Source: an uncultured Planctomycetaceae bacterium (GTDB lineage Bacteria > Planctomycetota > Planctomycetia > Pirellulales > Thermoguttaceae). Taken from it: a stretch of 64,000 nucleotides of DNA. The position numbers and the translations under genes are program-made. The stretch lies in contig CAWDLR010000003.1 of the NCBI GenBank assembly GCA_963803125.1, positions 2,579,548-2,643,547 of the forward strand, given 5' to 3'. The notes beneath the pieces are model-generated. The model had not been told where the DNA came from. It saw nothing but the letters and a program-made list of their open reading frames with translations, and ran no database searches. This document shows, piece by piece, positions 27,138 to 37,400 of the stretch (position 1 is its first letter; each line of letters opens with the position of its first letter).

Positions 27138-28265
27138 TCATTTCGGCTTCGCCAAGCACTCCAGCGGGATCAGCTTGCGGACCGGGGCCACCAGCGTCCT
27201 GATTTGGGCCGCGACTTGGCGATACGCCTGGCGGCTTGCGCCGCTGTCGCCCGGGGATTGTTTTAGGGCTTCCCCCAAGAGATTCTGTTCGGCGTTGCTG
27301 TAATCCAGAACAGTGAGGGCGAGCAGGATTTGGTCGGTTGACTGGGCGGCCTCCTCGGCCCAGGCGATGCCTTTCGGCGGCGGAGGGATCGCACTGCGAC
27401 GCGACTTGATCACTTCGCTCTGCTTGGAATACTGCTCCGTCTTGGCCCCTTTCTCCAGCAGCCCGACCAGTTCATCGCAGCCATCGAGGAATGCCGACAA
27501 CTTTCCAGCAAACGCGATCTCCTCGGGCGACGGCTTGTAAGCCTGCGGCTTCGGCGCGGGCGGCGGCACGAGAGCGACCGGCGGCGAGGCGGCAACGGGT
27601 TGCGCGACGGGCGTGGGGGGCGGCGCGGAAGTGTTCCGCCCAATCATCCAAATCGCCACGGCCACGATCGGAACGATGACGACAATGGCCGCGGCGCCGG
27701 CAATGATCGGCCAGAGTCGCGTGGACGAGCCCGGCGAGGGAACGTCGTCATCGTCGCGTACCTGCCTCGCCGGGGGCTTCGCGACTTTCGCGCCGACGTA
27801 CGAGCCGCAATGTTTGCACTTGACCGCCACCGCGAGAATCTGCTCGCCGCAGTAGGGGCAGGCCTTGGTCGTCGGCGACGTGGCGGTGGCCTCGTCGGCG
27901 TCGTCGCCCAAGTCGAGATCGTCCAGGCCGCGAGGCAGATCCTCATCGTCGGCGCTGAGAATGTCCTCGATGCGGGCGTCGAGATTTTTTCCAACGGCCT
28001 TCGTCTCCGTACTCTGCTTCGCCGGGGCTTTCTCTGCCGAGACTCGTTTCTCCGCAGCGGGCGGCGGGGCAGATCTCTGTGGAGCGGCAGCCGCTTTGGG
28101 TGGAAGCGGGGCGGGTTCGGCCATCGGAATGATGCTCTCGACGGTCACTCCGTGCTTGTCGGCGATTTGCAGGGCCGCTTCGCGGCTGTCGGCGGAGATT
28201 ACGACCGACGCCCGTTGGCCTGTTGCCCGCACAACCCCCTTGCACGAGAATTTCTGCTTGGCCAT
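27138..28265 (-). CDS. Zinc-ribbon membrane protein
   Basis: ATG 28265. CPYCGEQILAVAVKCKHCGSY zinc ribbon, then TM (LWPIIAGAAAIVVIVPIVAVAIWMI), then a helical C-domain. Confidence 0.6.
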   Translation of the reverse strand: MAKQKFSCKGVVRATGQRASVVISADSREAALQIADKHGVTVESIIPMAEPAPLPPKAAAAPQRSAPPPAAEKRVSAEKAPAKQSTETKAVGKNLDARIEDILSADDEDLPRGLDDLDLGDDADEATATSPTTKACPYCGEQILAVAVKCKHCGSYVGAKVAKPPARQVRDDDDVPSPGSSTRLWPIIAGAAAIVVIVPIVAVAIWMIGRNTSAPPPTPVAQPVAASPPVALVPPPAPKPQAYKPSPEEIAFAGKLSAFLDGCDELVGLLEKGAKTEQYSKQSEVIKSRRSAIPPPPKGIAWAEEAAQSTDQILLALTVLDYSNAEQNLLGEALKQSPGDSGASRQAYRQVAAQIRTLVAPVRKLIPLECLAKPK

Positions 28266-28324
28266 GACGTTCCCCAACGCTTGAAAAGACAAGGCAGTTC
28301 GGGAAAAAGTACCCATTTCCGCGA

Positions 28325-28392
28325 GGTGGGGCAGACATTCCTGTCTGCCCAGGCGCCGCACAGGCGGGGCAGACAGGAATGTCTGCCCCACC
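28325..28392. repeat. REP family B pair
   Basis: Arms at 28325-28350 and 28366-28392. Confidence 0.85.
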
Positions 28393-28546
28393 AATCACTC
28401 GGTTGCCCCCTTTTCCACTATCGGAAGACTGCGGGACCGGTGCTCCCCCCTCCCCAGTCGATTCTACCACGCCGCCCCCTGCCGCGAAAAGCACAGGTTT
28501 GCTAAAATAGCCGTTATTGCAGCGGGCAATTCTTCGACAGAGGCGT

Positions 28547-28618
28547 TGTAGGAGGCGGCTCCTGTCGCCGATTCGGCGGCGTTGGCGACCCGGTCGGCGA
28601 CGGGAGTCGCCTCCCACA
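28547..28618. repeat. REP family D pair
   Basis: Arms at 28547-28572 and 28594-28618, immediately upstream of folD. Confidence 0.8.
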
Positions 28619-28636
28619 GTAATAGGAACAACATCA

Positions 28637-29504
28637 ATGACGGCTGCGATACTCAATGGGAAGGCGCTTTCCGAGCAAATTCGGGCGGAAATCGCGGGGG
28701 AAGTCGCCCTGTTCGTGGCGAAAACCGGCGTGATGCCCTGCCTGGCGGCCGTGCTGGTGGGCGAAGACCCCGGCAGCCAGGTCTACGTCCGCAACAAGCA
28801 GAAGGCGTGCGAAAAGGCGGGCATCGCCAGCCAATTGCATCGCCCGCCCGCGGAAACGACCACCGAGGAGCTGCTGGCCCTGATCGACCGGCTGAACCGC
28901 GACCCGGCGGTCCACGGCATTTTGGTGCAGTCGCCCCCGCCGAAACAAATCGACGAGCGGCGAGTCCTCTCAGCCATCAACCCGCTGAAGGACGTTCGAC
29001 GCCTTCCATCCCGAGAACGTCGGCCTGATCGTTCAGGGCCAGCCGCGGTTTCTTCCCTGCACGCCCCACGGAGTTCAACAACTGCTGTTGCGCAACGGCA
29101 TCCCGATCGCCGGCGCCAACGTGGTGGTGGTGGGCCGTAGCGACATCGTGGGCAAGCCGATGGCGATCCTGCTGATGCAGAAGGGTCCCGGCGGCGACGC
29201 CACGGTGACGGTTTGCCACAGCCGCACCCGCGATCTCCCCGCCGTCACCCGGCGGGCCGACATTCTGATTGTGGCGATCGGCCGCCCGCGTTTTGTCACC
29301 GCCGACATGGTCAAGCCCGGCGCGGTAGTGATCGACGTGGGGATGAATCGTTTGGCCAGCGGCCTGGCGGGGGACGTCGATTTCGAGGCGGTCAAGGAGG
29401 TGGCCGGGCAGATCACGCCCGTCCCCGGCGGCGTCGGCCTGCTAACGGTGACGATGCTGCTGCACAACACGCTCGTGGCGGCACGCTTGCAGCAAGAGGC
29501 CTAG
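28637..29504 (+). pseudogene. folD: folD (methylenetetrahydrofolate dehydrogenase/cyclohydrolase) interrupted by an apparent 1-nt insertion near 28997
   Basis: Frame A 28637-28996 reads MTAAILNGKAL..VGEDPGSQVYVRNKQKACEKAGI..HGILVQSPPP..NPLKDV. Frame B from 28998 reads [84 protein letters not shown]. Frame B is closed by TGA at 28986-28988, so the shift lies within 28989-28997. Confidence 0.85.
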
Positions 29505-29533
29505 AACCTGTCTGACAACCGGCGAACTCGTAG

Positions 29534-29667
29534 GTTATGCTTCAGCATAACACCCCTTTTTCGTTATGCTTCAGCATAACACCCGCTTCTTGTTATGTTT
29601 CAGCATAACACCCGCTTCTTGTTATGTTTCAGCATAACACCCGCTTCTTGTTATGCTGAAGCATAAC
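29534..29667. repeat. Tandem array of 5 family E palindromes with 29-bp period
   Basis: GTTATGCTTCAGCATAAC starts at 29534, 29563, 29592, 29621 and 29650. The 11-nt linkers are near-identical (ACCCGCTTCTT). Lies between convergent folD and DUF1080. Confidence 0.85.
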
Positions 29668-29689
29668 CTACTGATTGTGAAGCGGCTTC

Positions 29690-30415
29690 TTAACGACCCT
29701 TGGCCGCGGGGAGTTGCTTCAACCGGATGTTGCGGAATTGCACTTTCATCGGGTCGCCGGCGTGGATTTGCAGGGCGAGGATGCCTTCCAGTTTGCGGTT
29801 CTTCGTGTCGTTGTCGGTCACGTCGATCATCAGCCGGCCATTGATCTTCTGCACCAGATGGTTCCCACGAGCGATGATCTGGTACTCGTTCCACTGGCGG
29901 CTCTTAATGACTTTCGCCAGTTCGTCGGCGTCGCCGAACTGCTCGACCAGCTTCGGGCGGTGGTCTTTGCCAACAACCGTCTTCTGGCCGCGGGTGGCGA
30001 GGATGCCGCGCCCGCGTTCGTCGTAGAGGATGCCGGTGTACTGGTTCTGGCCGTCCATGTCGGCCTGGTATCCGCCGACGACCCAGCGGCCGGCCTTCTG
30101 CGGCTCTTCGCGGCTGCGGTATTGCACGCCGGAGTTGGCGAAGCCGGGATTGGGCATGCGGAATTCGAGTTTCAGCTCGAAATCGGCCGGCCGGCCGCCG
30201 CGCCAAATCAGAAACGTGTTGTTCTTGGCGGGATTGGCGGCGGTGGTCTGACCGGTGATCGCGCCGTCTTCCACCCGCCAGAACTTCGGGTCGCCGTCCC
30301 AGCCGTGCAGCGTTCGGCCGTCGAAGATCGGCTTAAAACCCTGCTCGCCCCCGGCGACGCCGCGAGCGATGAGCAGCAGAAACAACAGAGTCGATAGTCT
30401 TGTGACGTGTCGCAT
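29690..30415 (-). CDS. DUF1080 (3-keto-disaccharide hydrolase-like) secreted protein
   Basis: Signal peptide plus [64 protein letters not shown]. Confidence 0.8.
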   Translation of the reverse strand: MRHVTRLSTLLFLLLIARGVAGGEQGFKPIFDGRTLHGWDGDPKFWRVEDGAITGQTTAANPAKNNTFLIWRGGRPADFELKLEFRMPNPGFANSGVQYRSREEPQKAGRWVVGGYQADMDGQNQYTGILYDERGRGILATRGQKTVVGKDHRPKLVEQFGDADELAKVIKSRQWNEYQIIARGNHLVQKINGRLMIDVTDNDTKNRKLEGILALQIHAGDPMKVQFRNIRLKQLPAAKGR

Positions 30416-30466
30416 GGTCTTCTCCCGATGGTTGTCTATTTGACAGGACGAAGTGGGCGTAAGGGC

Positions 30467-30556
30467 GAGGAAAAAGGGGAAACGGGGAAAAAGGGAAGCA
30501 ACAGTCTTATCATTTCTTCTTCCCCTTTTCCCCCTTTCCCCTTTTCCCCCTTTTCC
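30467..30556. repeat. Purine/pyrimidine-rich inverted repeat (GGAAAAAGGGGAAACGGGGAAAAAGGG / CCCCTTTTCCCCCTTTCCCC)
   Basis: Arms at about 30467-30498 and 30519-30556, between DUF1080 and ccsA. Confidence 0.7.
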
Positions 30557-30571
30557 TTTTTACACTAACGA

Positions 30572-33433
30572 TTACTCTTCGTTTCCTGCGATCGGGCTTT
30601 GCTGCCCGGCAGCGGGCGAGCAACGGCCGATGATCTCGAGCAGGTGGCGAGCGGCGGCAGCCACGAGGAAGAGCCATGTTGCCGCGATCGCGGTGCCCAC
30701 GGCCCATGCCCCGCCGCTGCCGGAACCGTAGGAGTGCATCCCGCTCCCCCAGACGAAATTGACGAAGTACCAAGTGCAGATGATGGCGGTGAATCCGAAC
30801 ACCGCCGCCACGGCCATGAGGAAATCGCCCGACCAGCTCAACGACCGTGCGCGGAGGATGAGTTGGCGAAGGTGCAGGATCAGGAGATAAACCAGCAGGG
30901 AGATGAGCGCCCAAACCTCCTTCGGATCCCAACTCCAGAAGCGTCCCCAGGACTCGTCGGCCCACAAGGCGCCGAGGATCGTGCCCGCCGCCAGCAGCAG
31001 GACCGTGATCTTGATCGCGGTGTAAATGAACCCGGCCAGGATGCGGCACGCTTCCGGCGGGCGGCGGCGGACGTTGCCCCCGCCGCTGTAACGGCCGAAG
31101 AGATAGTAGCCTAAGGCAATGCAGCCCAATATGAGCGCGATGGCGGCCGAGGCGTAGCTGGCCATGATCGTCACCACGTGCACGGCCAACCACCAGTTGT
31201 CACGGAGGATCGGTGTTACCGCCCCGATGTTGCGGTGCATCACCGTCGCCGGCGCGTAGTACGCCAGCACGGCCGCCGCGAAGCTGACGATCGCCCCAGC
31301 CACCGCGAACAGCCGACGCTGAAGAACAAGGTCAGTGCGCGATGGCGGGTTTGGAGGGATGAGCACTTCAGAGCAATGAGGGATGGGCACTTCAGTGCCC
31401 ATTGAGCCGCGATTTAGTGGGCACTGAAGTGCCCACCCCTCGACCGGCTTTGCGACGAGGCGCCCTCGCCAAAGCGGCGACAACGCGAACCACAAGCCGA
31501 GTAGGCCGGCGTAGAGGGCGACGAATTCGACCGTCTCGAACATCCCGGTCAGCGGCGCCAGGCCGGTGATGTAACCGCGAAGCCCCATGCCGACGATGCC
31601 GATCGCTTGGCCCGCCACCAGAACCGCCGCCCCCAGCCAGAACAGCCGCCGCTGCCAACCCCCGACCGCCAGCAGCAGACAGAGCGTCGCCGCCAGGCTG
31701 ACCGCCCACGACCAGAAGAACGGATCGAGCCGGTTGTAGAAGACTTCGGCGGCAGTGGAACCCGTCGGCGGATAGGCCGTCGCCTCGATCAGCCCGCGGT
31801 CGCGATGCCGCAGCGGCAGTTTTCGCCGCAGCGGCTCGATCTTCTCGGCCAACGCCCGAAGCGATTCGGCGAAGCGCTGCATCGCCGCCGCGAACTTCGC
31901 TGGCCGATCGCCCGCACCGCGATCGAGATATGCCGCCTTCGTTTCGGCAAACGCCCGGCGGACGTTTTTGAGCTCCGCCTGCGGACAGGTCTGCAACAGA
32001 TCGTCGGGACCGTAGAGCAGGGCCTGAAAGCCGAGCCAGGGCGATGCATCGTCCTCGGGCGTGCGATTCTCCTCGAGCGCGCCGGGATCGAGGGCGGGCA
32101 CGAGCCGCAAAATCTCGCCGCCGCCATAGAACGCCAGCCGCATTTCCGCCGCCTGATGTCGCAGATTGATCGCCAGCGCGGTGAGCGGCGCATTATCGGG
32201 CGCCGCCAGCCGTGACGCCAGCCGATCCGCCGCCCGGGAGAAATCCGCCACCGCCGGCTCGACCTTCTCGCGCGAGACATCATCTTCGTGCAGGCCGGCG
32301 AGAATTTTCTGCCAAGCATCGACGACCTGCGCAGCGGATTTAGCGGTCTTGGCGTCGCCGCTAATGCGCTTGACGACCTCCGGATCGTCGACGAGCCTCC
32401 TCAAGGCGTCGGCGGCCATCCGCGCCCGGCGGCTGGGCCACCAGAGCAGGTTCTGCGGCGACTTCGGATCGAGCGTCAGCTTTCGGTACTCGCTCAGGGC
32501 GTCGAGCAAGCGGCCGAAGGCCTTCTCGGCGCTGCTGAGTTGGAGTGCCTTGCCTTCTCCCGCTCGTCGGTGCAACTCCTGCAAACGCCGCGAGAGGGCC
32601 TCGCCGCCCTCCAGTTCCGCCAGCGAAGCGCCGCGCAAGCGGCGGCCGTTGTCATCGCAAAGCGGCAAGTCGAGGTATTTCCGCAACTCCTCGTCGGCGG
32701 GCAAGAAGGGGACGTGTTCCCATTTCCCGGGTTCGACGAGCCAGGAGAAGAGCAACTCGGCGGCCTCGAACTTCCGCACATCGTCGGCTTGCGTCTCCGA
32801 CATGTGCAGCAGCGGGTTCGCCCGGCCGCAAATCGCCGCGACCGTCTGCCGGGCGAAGGTGTCCAAAGGGGCGACGCGGCCGTCGCTGAGCACCGGCAAG
32901 TTCCGCCACGCGCTCCAATCGAGCGACGCCTCTTCCGCGCAAACGCGGCTGCCGAGAGAGAACAGGCCGATCGTCGCCAGGACAATTCCCAATTGCAGCG
33001 GTCTCGTTGGCAGGTCGTGCGAAACCGCAAGCGGTTCCGCAGTGGTTGCTGGCGGCGCGTGCGAAACCGCAAGCGGTTTGGCAGCGCGACACAGGTAATA
33101 GACCAGGCCGATGCCGATGACGATCAGCGCGCAGCCAAGGTACTTCAACCCTCTGCCCGGATCATAATTCAGGCTCAGCACCGATTGATAGACCTCGTCG
33201 CGGCTGTGATCGTTGCCGGCCAATTCGTCGAACTCCGCGTCGCCGGGCAGGCACGGTTCCTGAAAACTCGCTTGGAAGAAGCGGTAGGTTCGGCCGCTCT
33301 TCGGGTCGGTGAAATCGACCGGCTTGTTGAGTTCAATCAGCACGTCCTCTCGCAGCTTCTTCTCGGCCTCTAGCGGTTTCGGCGGACTGCTGCGTTCGAG
33401 GAAATCGACCCGGCTCGAATAATACGACGGCAT
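30572..33433 (-). CDS. ccsA: Cytochrome c biogenesis CcsA fused to the C-terminal part of ResB/CcsB (CcsBA-type)
   Basis: N-terminus is the ResB C-terminal block (MPSYYSSRVDFLE...FQASF...LKYLGCALIVIGIGLVYY). C-terminus carries the CcsA W-rich heme-handling motif (LGALWADESWGRFWSWDPKEVWA). Confidence 0.8.
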   Translation of the reverse strand: MPSYYSSRVDFLERSSPPKPLEAEKKLREDVLIELNKPVDFTDPKSGRTYRFFQASFQEPCLPGDAEFDELAGNDHSRDEVYQSVLSLNYDPGRGLKYLGCALIVIGIGLVYYLCRAAKPLAVSHAPPATTAEPLAVSHDLPTRPLQLGIVLATIGLFSLGSRVCAEEASLDWSAWRNLPVLSDGRVAPLDTFARQTVAAICGRANPLLHMSETQADDVRKFEAAELLFSWLVEPGKWEHVPFLPADEELRKYLDLPLCDDNGRRLRGASLAELEGGEALSRRLQELHRRAGEGKALQLSSAEKAFGRLLDALSEYRKLTLDPKSPQNLLWWPSRRARMAADALRRLVDDPEVVKRISGDAKTAKSAAQVVDAWQKILAGLHEDDVSREKVEPAVADFSRAADRLASRLAAPDNAPLTALAINLRHQAAEMRLAFYGGGEILRLVPALDPGALEENRTPEDDASPWLGFQALLYGPDDLLQTCPQAELKNVRRAFAETKAAYLDRGAGDRPAKFAAAMQRFAESLRALAEKIEPLRRKLPLRHRDRGLIEATAYPPTGSTAAEVFYNRLDPFFWSWAVSLAATLCLLLAVGGWQRRLFWLGAAVLVAGQAIGIVGMGLRGYITGLAPLTGMFETVEFVALYAGLLGLWFALSPLWRGRLVAKPVEGWALQCPLNRGSMGTEVPIPHCSEVLIPPNPPSRTDLVLQRRLFAVAGAIVSFAAAVLAYYAPATVMHRNIGAVTPILRDNWWLAVHVVTIMASYASAAIALILGCIALGYYLFGRYSGGGNVRRRPPEACRILAGFIYTAIKITVLLLAAGTILGALWADESWGRFWSWDPKEVWALISLLVYLLILHLRQLILRARSLSWSGDFLMAVAAVFGFTAIICTWYFVNFVWGSGMHSYGSGSGGAWAVGTAIAATWLFLVAAAARHLLEIIGRCSPAAGQQSPIAGNEE
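31359..31436. repeat. REP family J (GTGGGCACTGAAGTGCCCAC) triple unit inside ccsA
   Basis: Units near 31359, 31383-31402 and 31417-31436. Translated in frame as ..GWALQCPLNRGSMGTEVPIPHCSEVLIP.. Confidence 0.75.
33017..33078. repeat. REP family M (GTGCGAAACCGCAAGCGGTT) direct pair inside ccsA
   Basis: Copies at 33017-33036 and 33059-33078. The reverse-complement unit occurs at about 55546-55563 in the ArnT-like gene. Encodes PLAVSH/PLAVSQ. Confidence 0.75.
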
Positions 33434-34037
33434 TCTGGCTGCCCGGATCGAGTCGGCGGCGGAATTGGCGCAAATAGACTTGGAAGCCGAGGTCCAGCGG
33501 CTCGGCCTTTTCGCTCTCGGCGTTCTTTTCGGGCCGAATGATCGCGGCAGTATGATTGGCGTGTCCCTCGTAGATCGACATTTGCGCGTCGACGCCCCAG
33601 AGGCGCGTCAAAGCGCAGCCGGCCAGCAGCACGAGAATGCCGCCGTGCGCCACCAGGAAGCCGATCTGCCGCCGCCGCCAGGGGAGCCGAATCAACATGG
33701 CGGCCAACACGTTGACCGCCAGCACGACGTGAATCGCCGCGAACCAGCGGGTGCCGTAGACCTCGGCCCACGCCGCCGCCGAACCGTGATACTTGTCGAT
33801 GAACGTGGCCACGGCCAAGACGATCACGTAGACCGCGATTGTCACGACCGCCAGTTGCAGCGACGCCAGGGCGCCAAGACAGAGCCGCAATGGGGGCGGA
33901 AGCAGGTGGGCTAGGGACGGAGGCGACCCCGGCTGTGGAATTGGCCCCGCCTGTTCGCCGTCACTCGCCGCCGCATCGACCGCAGCGCCACCGGCCGACG
34001 TCTCGCGCAGCATCTGGTCGTCGCTCTCATCCCTCAT
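33333..34037 (-). CDS. ResB/CcsB N-terminal fragment, out of frame with the downstream ccsBA ORF
   Basis: ResB-like TM pair (LQLAVVTIAVYVIVLAV ... WFAAIHVVLAVNVLAAMLIRL ... GFLVAHGGILVLLAG). It ends LGFQVYLRQFRRRLDPGSQ, then runs on out of frame. MPSYYSSRV continues in the +1 frame at 33433. Confidence 0.7.
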   Translation of the reverse strand: MRDESDDQMLRETSAGGAAVDAAASDGEQAGPIPQPGSPPSLAHLLPPPLRLCLGALASLQLAVVTIAVYVIVLAVATFIDKYHGSAAAWAEVYGTRWFAAIHVVLAVNVLAAMLIRLPWRRRQIGFLVAHGGILVLLAGCALTRLWGVDAQMSIYEGHANHTAAIIRPEKNAESEKAEPLDLGFQVYLRQFRRRLDPGSQNAVVLFEPGRFPRTQQSAETARGREEAARGRAD

Positions 34038-34354
34038 CCTTCATCCCTCATCCTTCCACCTCGGATTTTACCACCACAGAGGGAGAAAGTTTAGACGCCG
34101 CCCGGGTCCGAGTCAGCGATTTCATTTCGGAAAACTCGTCTTGAAGAGGTCCGCGGGGGACCGCCTCGTTGATCGGATGTGGAAAACTCCCGAAACCGCT
34201 GGAAAACAGGACTCTTGCTGAATTTGCCAGCCAACCCTGTTTTAAGGCCCGCCAGAGGGGAACCCTGCGCAAGTTCTCTGGTAGCAGCGTCTTAAGACAA
34301 CTTGTCGGGCCACGGTTGACCTCGATGAGGAAATCATTAGACTTGGACGTTCTC

Positions 34355-34399
34355 GGCTGTATATTGTGGCCAGAGCGGAACGAGGTACAATATATGGTA
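34355..34399 (+). promoter_or_regulatory. Candidate tandem NrdR boxes upstream of nrdJ
   Basis: GGCTGTATATTGTGGC (34355-34370) and TACAATATATGGTA (34386-34399). Both are AT-rich pseudo-palindromes sharing an ACAATATA core. Centres are about 30 bp apart, 50-90 nt upstream of the nrdJ start. Confidence 0.45.
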
Positions 34400-34445
34400 G
34401 GAAGGATGCCAGATCTAACTCCTGATGGAATAAGGAATCTCTCTC

Positions 34446-37400
34446 ATGGACAGACGCGAACATAATACCGGGGAAGCGGTTGCGACGGCCGACCAGCCGA
34501 CAACGAAGCTGAGCAAGACCGTTATTGCGGGGCTGCACGTGCCCGCCCTGTTTTGCCCGGACGACGGCGGCGATCCGTTTGCCACCGTCCAGTGGGATCT
34601 GCGCACGGCAGCGATCAAGGGCGAGGGGGGCGAAGTGCTCTTTGAGCAGAAAGACTGCGAGATGCCCACCTCGTGGAGCCAATTGGCCACCAACGTGGTC
34701 GCCAACAAGTATTTCTACGGCGAGGTGGACACCGGCGAGCGGGAAAAGGGCGTCCGCCAACTCATCCACCGCGTCTGCCGCACGATCGCCGACTGGGGCA
34801 CCCACGACGGCTACTTCGCCAGCAAGGCCGACGGCGAGCGGTTCTACCGCGAGTTGGCCTGGCTCTGCCTGCACCAATACGCCTCATTCAATTCGCCCGT
34901 CTGGTTCAACGTCGGCTTGTATCATCAGTACGGCATCAAGGGGGCGATGTGCAATTGGCACTGGGACCAGACCCGCGGCGAGGCGATTCAGCCGCAGAAT
35001 CCGTACGAGTTTCCGCAGGCGTCGGCGTGCTTCATCCAGAGCGTGGGCGACAACATGGAAGACATCATGGAGCTTGCCCGCAGCGAGGCGATGCTCTTCA
35101 AGTTCGGCTCGGGCACGGGCACCGATCTCTCGACGCTGCGCTCGCACCGCGAGAAGCTCTCCGGCGGCGGCCGCCCCTCCGGGCCGCTGTCCTTTATGAG
35201 GGTCTACGATCAGATTGCGGCCGTGGTGAAAAGCGGCGGCAAGACCCGCCGGGCCGCCAAGATGCAGTCGATCAAGGACTGGCATCCCGACGTGCTGGAG
35301 TTCATCGAGTGCAAGAATCGCGAGGAGAAGAAGGTCCGCACGCTGGTCGAGCAGGGCTACGACGCGCAAGAGGCCTACGACACCGTGCTGTTCCAAAACG
35401 CCAATCTCTCGGTCCGCATCAGCGACGAGTTCATGCGGGCGGTCGAAGCCGATCAGCCCTGGACGACGCACTGGGTCACCAAGCCGGAAGTGGCCGGCCC
35501 AACGTATCCCGCGCGGGAGATGTTCACCAAGATGTCCAACTCCGCCTGGTGCTGCGGCGATCCCGGCGTGCAATACGACAGCACGATCAACCGCTGGCAC
35601 ACCTGCCCGAACTCAGGACGGATCAACGCGAGCAACCCCTGCTCCGAGTACATGTTCGTCGACGATTCGGCCTGCAACCTGGCGAGCATCAATCTGATGA
35701 AGTTCCGCCGCGACGACGGCACTTTCGATCACGAGCGGTTCGTCTCGGCGTGCCGGCTGGTGTTTATCGCCCAGGAAATCCTGGTCGATCACGCCAGCTA
35801 TCCGACGAAGCGAATCGCCGCCAACAGCCATCGCTTCCGGCCGATCGGGCTGGGCTACTCGAACCTGGGCAGCCTGATCATGACCGCCGGGCTGGCGTAC
35901 GATTCCGCAGAAGCCCGCGGGCTGTGCGGCGTGATTACCGCGCTTCTGCACGGGGCGGCCTGCTACACCAGCACCGAACTGGCGGCGGCGGTCGGGCCGT
36001 TCGACGAGTTCGAGAAGAACCGCGAGCCGATGCTCCGCGTGATGGAGATGCACTGGGAGAAGGTCGATCAGATTCCGGCCTGCCCCAAGTCCTTGCAGGA
36101 GGCCGCCCGCGACCTGTGGGACAAGGTGCTCACGCACGGCCGGCGGCTCGGTTTCCGCAACGCCCAGGCCACCGTGCTCGCCCCGACCGGCACGATCAGC
36201 TTCATGATGGACTGCGACACCACCGGCATCGAGCCGGACATCGCGCTGGTGAAGTACAAGCAACTGGCCGGCGGCGGAATGCTGAAAATCGTCAACCAGG
36301 AGGTGCCGCTGGCCCTGGCAACGCTCGGCTACGACCAGCCGGAGATCGACGCCATCGTGGCCTACATCGACAAGCACGACACGATCGAAGGGGCGGCCGA
36401 GCTGAAGCCCGAGCACCTGTCGGTCTTCGACTGCGCCTTTCCGCCGCGGAACGGCCGCCGCTCGATTCCCTGGCGGGCGCACATCCAGATGATGGCGGCC
36501 GCCCAGCCGTTCATCTCCGGGGCGATCTCGAAGACGGTGAACATGCCGCGCGAAAGCACCCCCGACGACGTGGCCGACGCCTACATGGAGGGCTGGCGGC
36601 TGGGGCTGAAGGCGCTGGCCATCTACCGCGACGGCTCGAAGGAGGTGCAGCCGCTTTCGACGAAGTCGAAATCGGACAAGGCGGCCGAGAAGCTGGTGGC
36701 CGCCCCGCGGCGCGAGCGCCTGCCCGATACGCGGCAATCGATCACGCACAAGTTCAGCGTCTCCGGCCACGAGGGCTACATCACCGTCGGGCTCTATCCC
36801 GACGGCCGGCCAGGCGAGCTTTTCATCACCATGGCCAAAGAGGGGAGCACGATCGGCGGGCTGATGGACTGTTTTGGCACCGCCGTTTCGATGAGCCTGC
36901 AATACGGCGTGCCGCTGGAGGTCTACGTCAACAAGTTCTCGCATACCCGCTTCGAGCCGATGGGCTTTACGAAGAACCCGGAGATCAAGATCGCCAAGAG
37001 CATCGTCGATTACATCTTCCGTTGGCTGGGGGTCACGTTCCTGCCGGGCTTCCGCGAGGCGAACAAGATGATGCCGCCATCGCCGACCGACCTGCCACAT
37101 GCCGAGCCGGGGCCGGGAGACGCGGAAACAGAGCCCCGGCCCGCCGCCACGATGGCCGGCGGGCCAGTCGCGGCCAACGGATCGGCGCCCAGCGGCAGCG
37201 GAGCGAAGGCCGCGGCCCAAGCCTCCGGCAACGGCCAGGCAGCATCGAAGCAGGCGGCCAAGCGCAACGGCTCGCCCGCCGCGGCCGCAAAGAAGGATCG
37301 GGTGGGGCAGACATTCGTGTCTGCCGCTCCCGTGGCACAGCCATCCCTGACTGTCACGACCTTGTTCGAGCCCTTCGGCGCTTCGCTCTCGCGGAGCGAG

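Noticed and set aside
29534-29667. Regularly spaced repeats considered as a CRISPR array
   Set aside because: The linkers are 11 nt and nearly identical. The repeats belong to a dispersed palindrome family (also at 4008 and 63689). No cas genes are nearby.
34040-34445. Cobalamin riboswitch upstream of nrdJ
   Set aside because: I could not find the conserved B12-box (GCCACTG) or the typical core. Class II RNR genes are also not the usual riboswitch targets.
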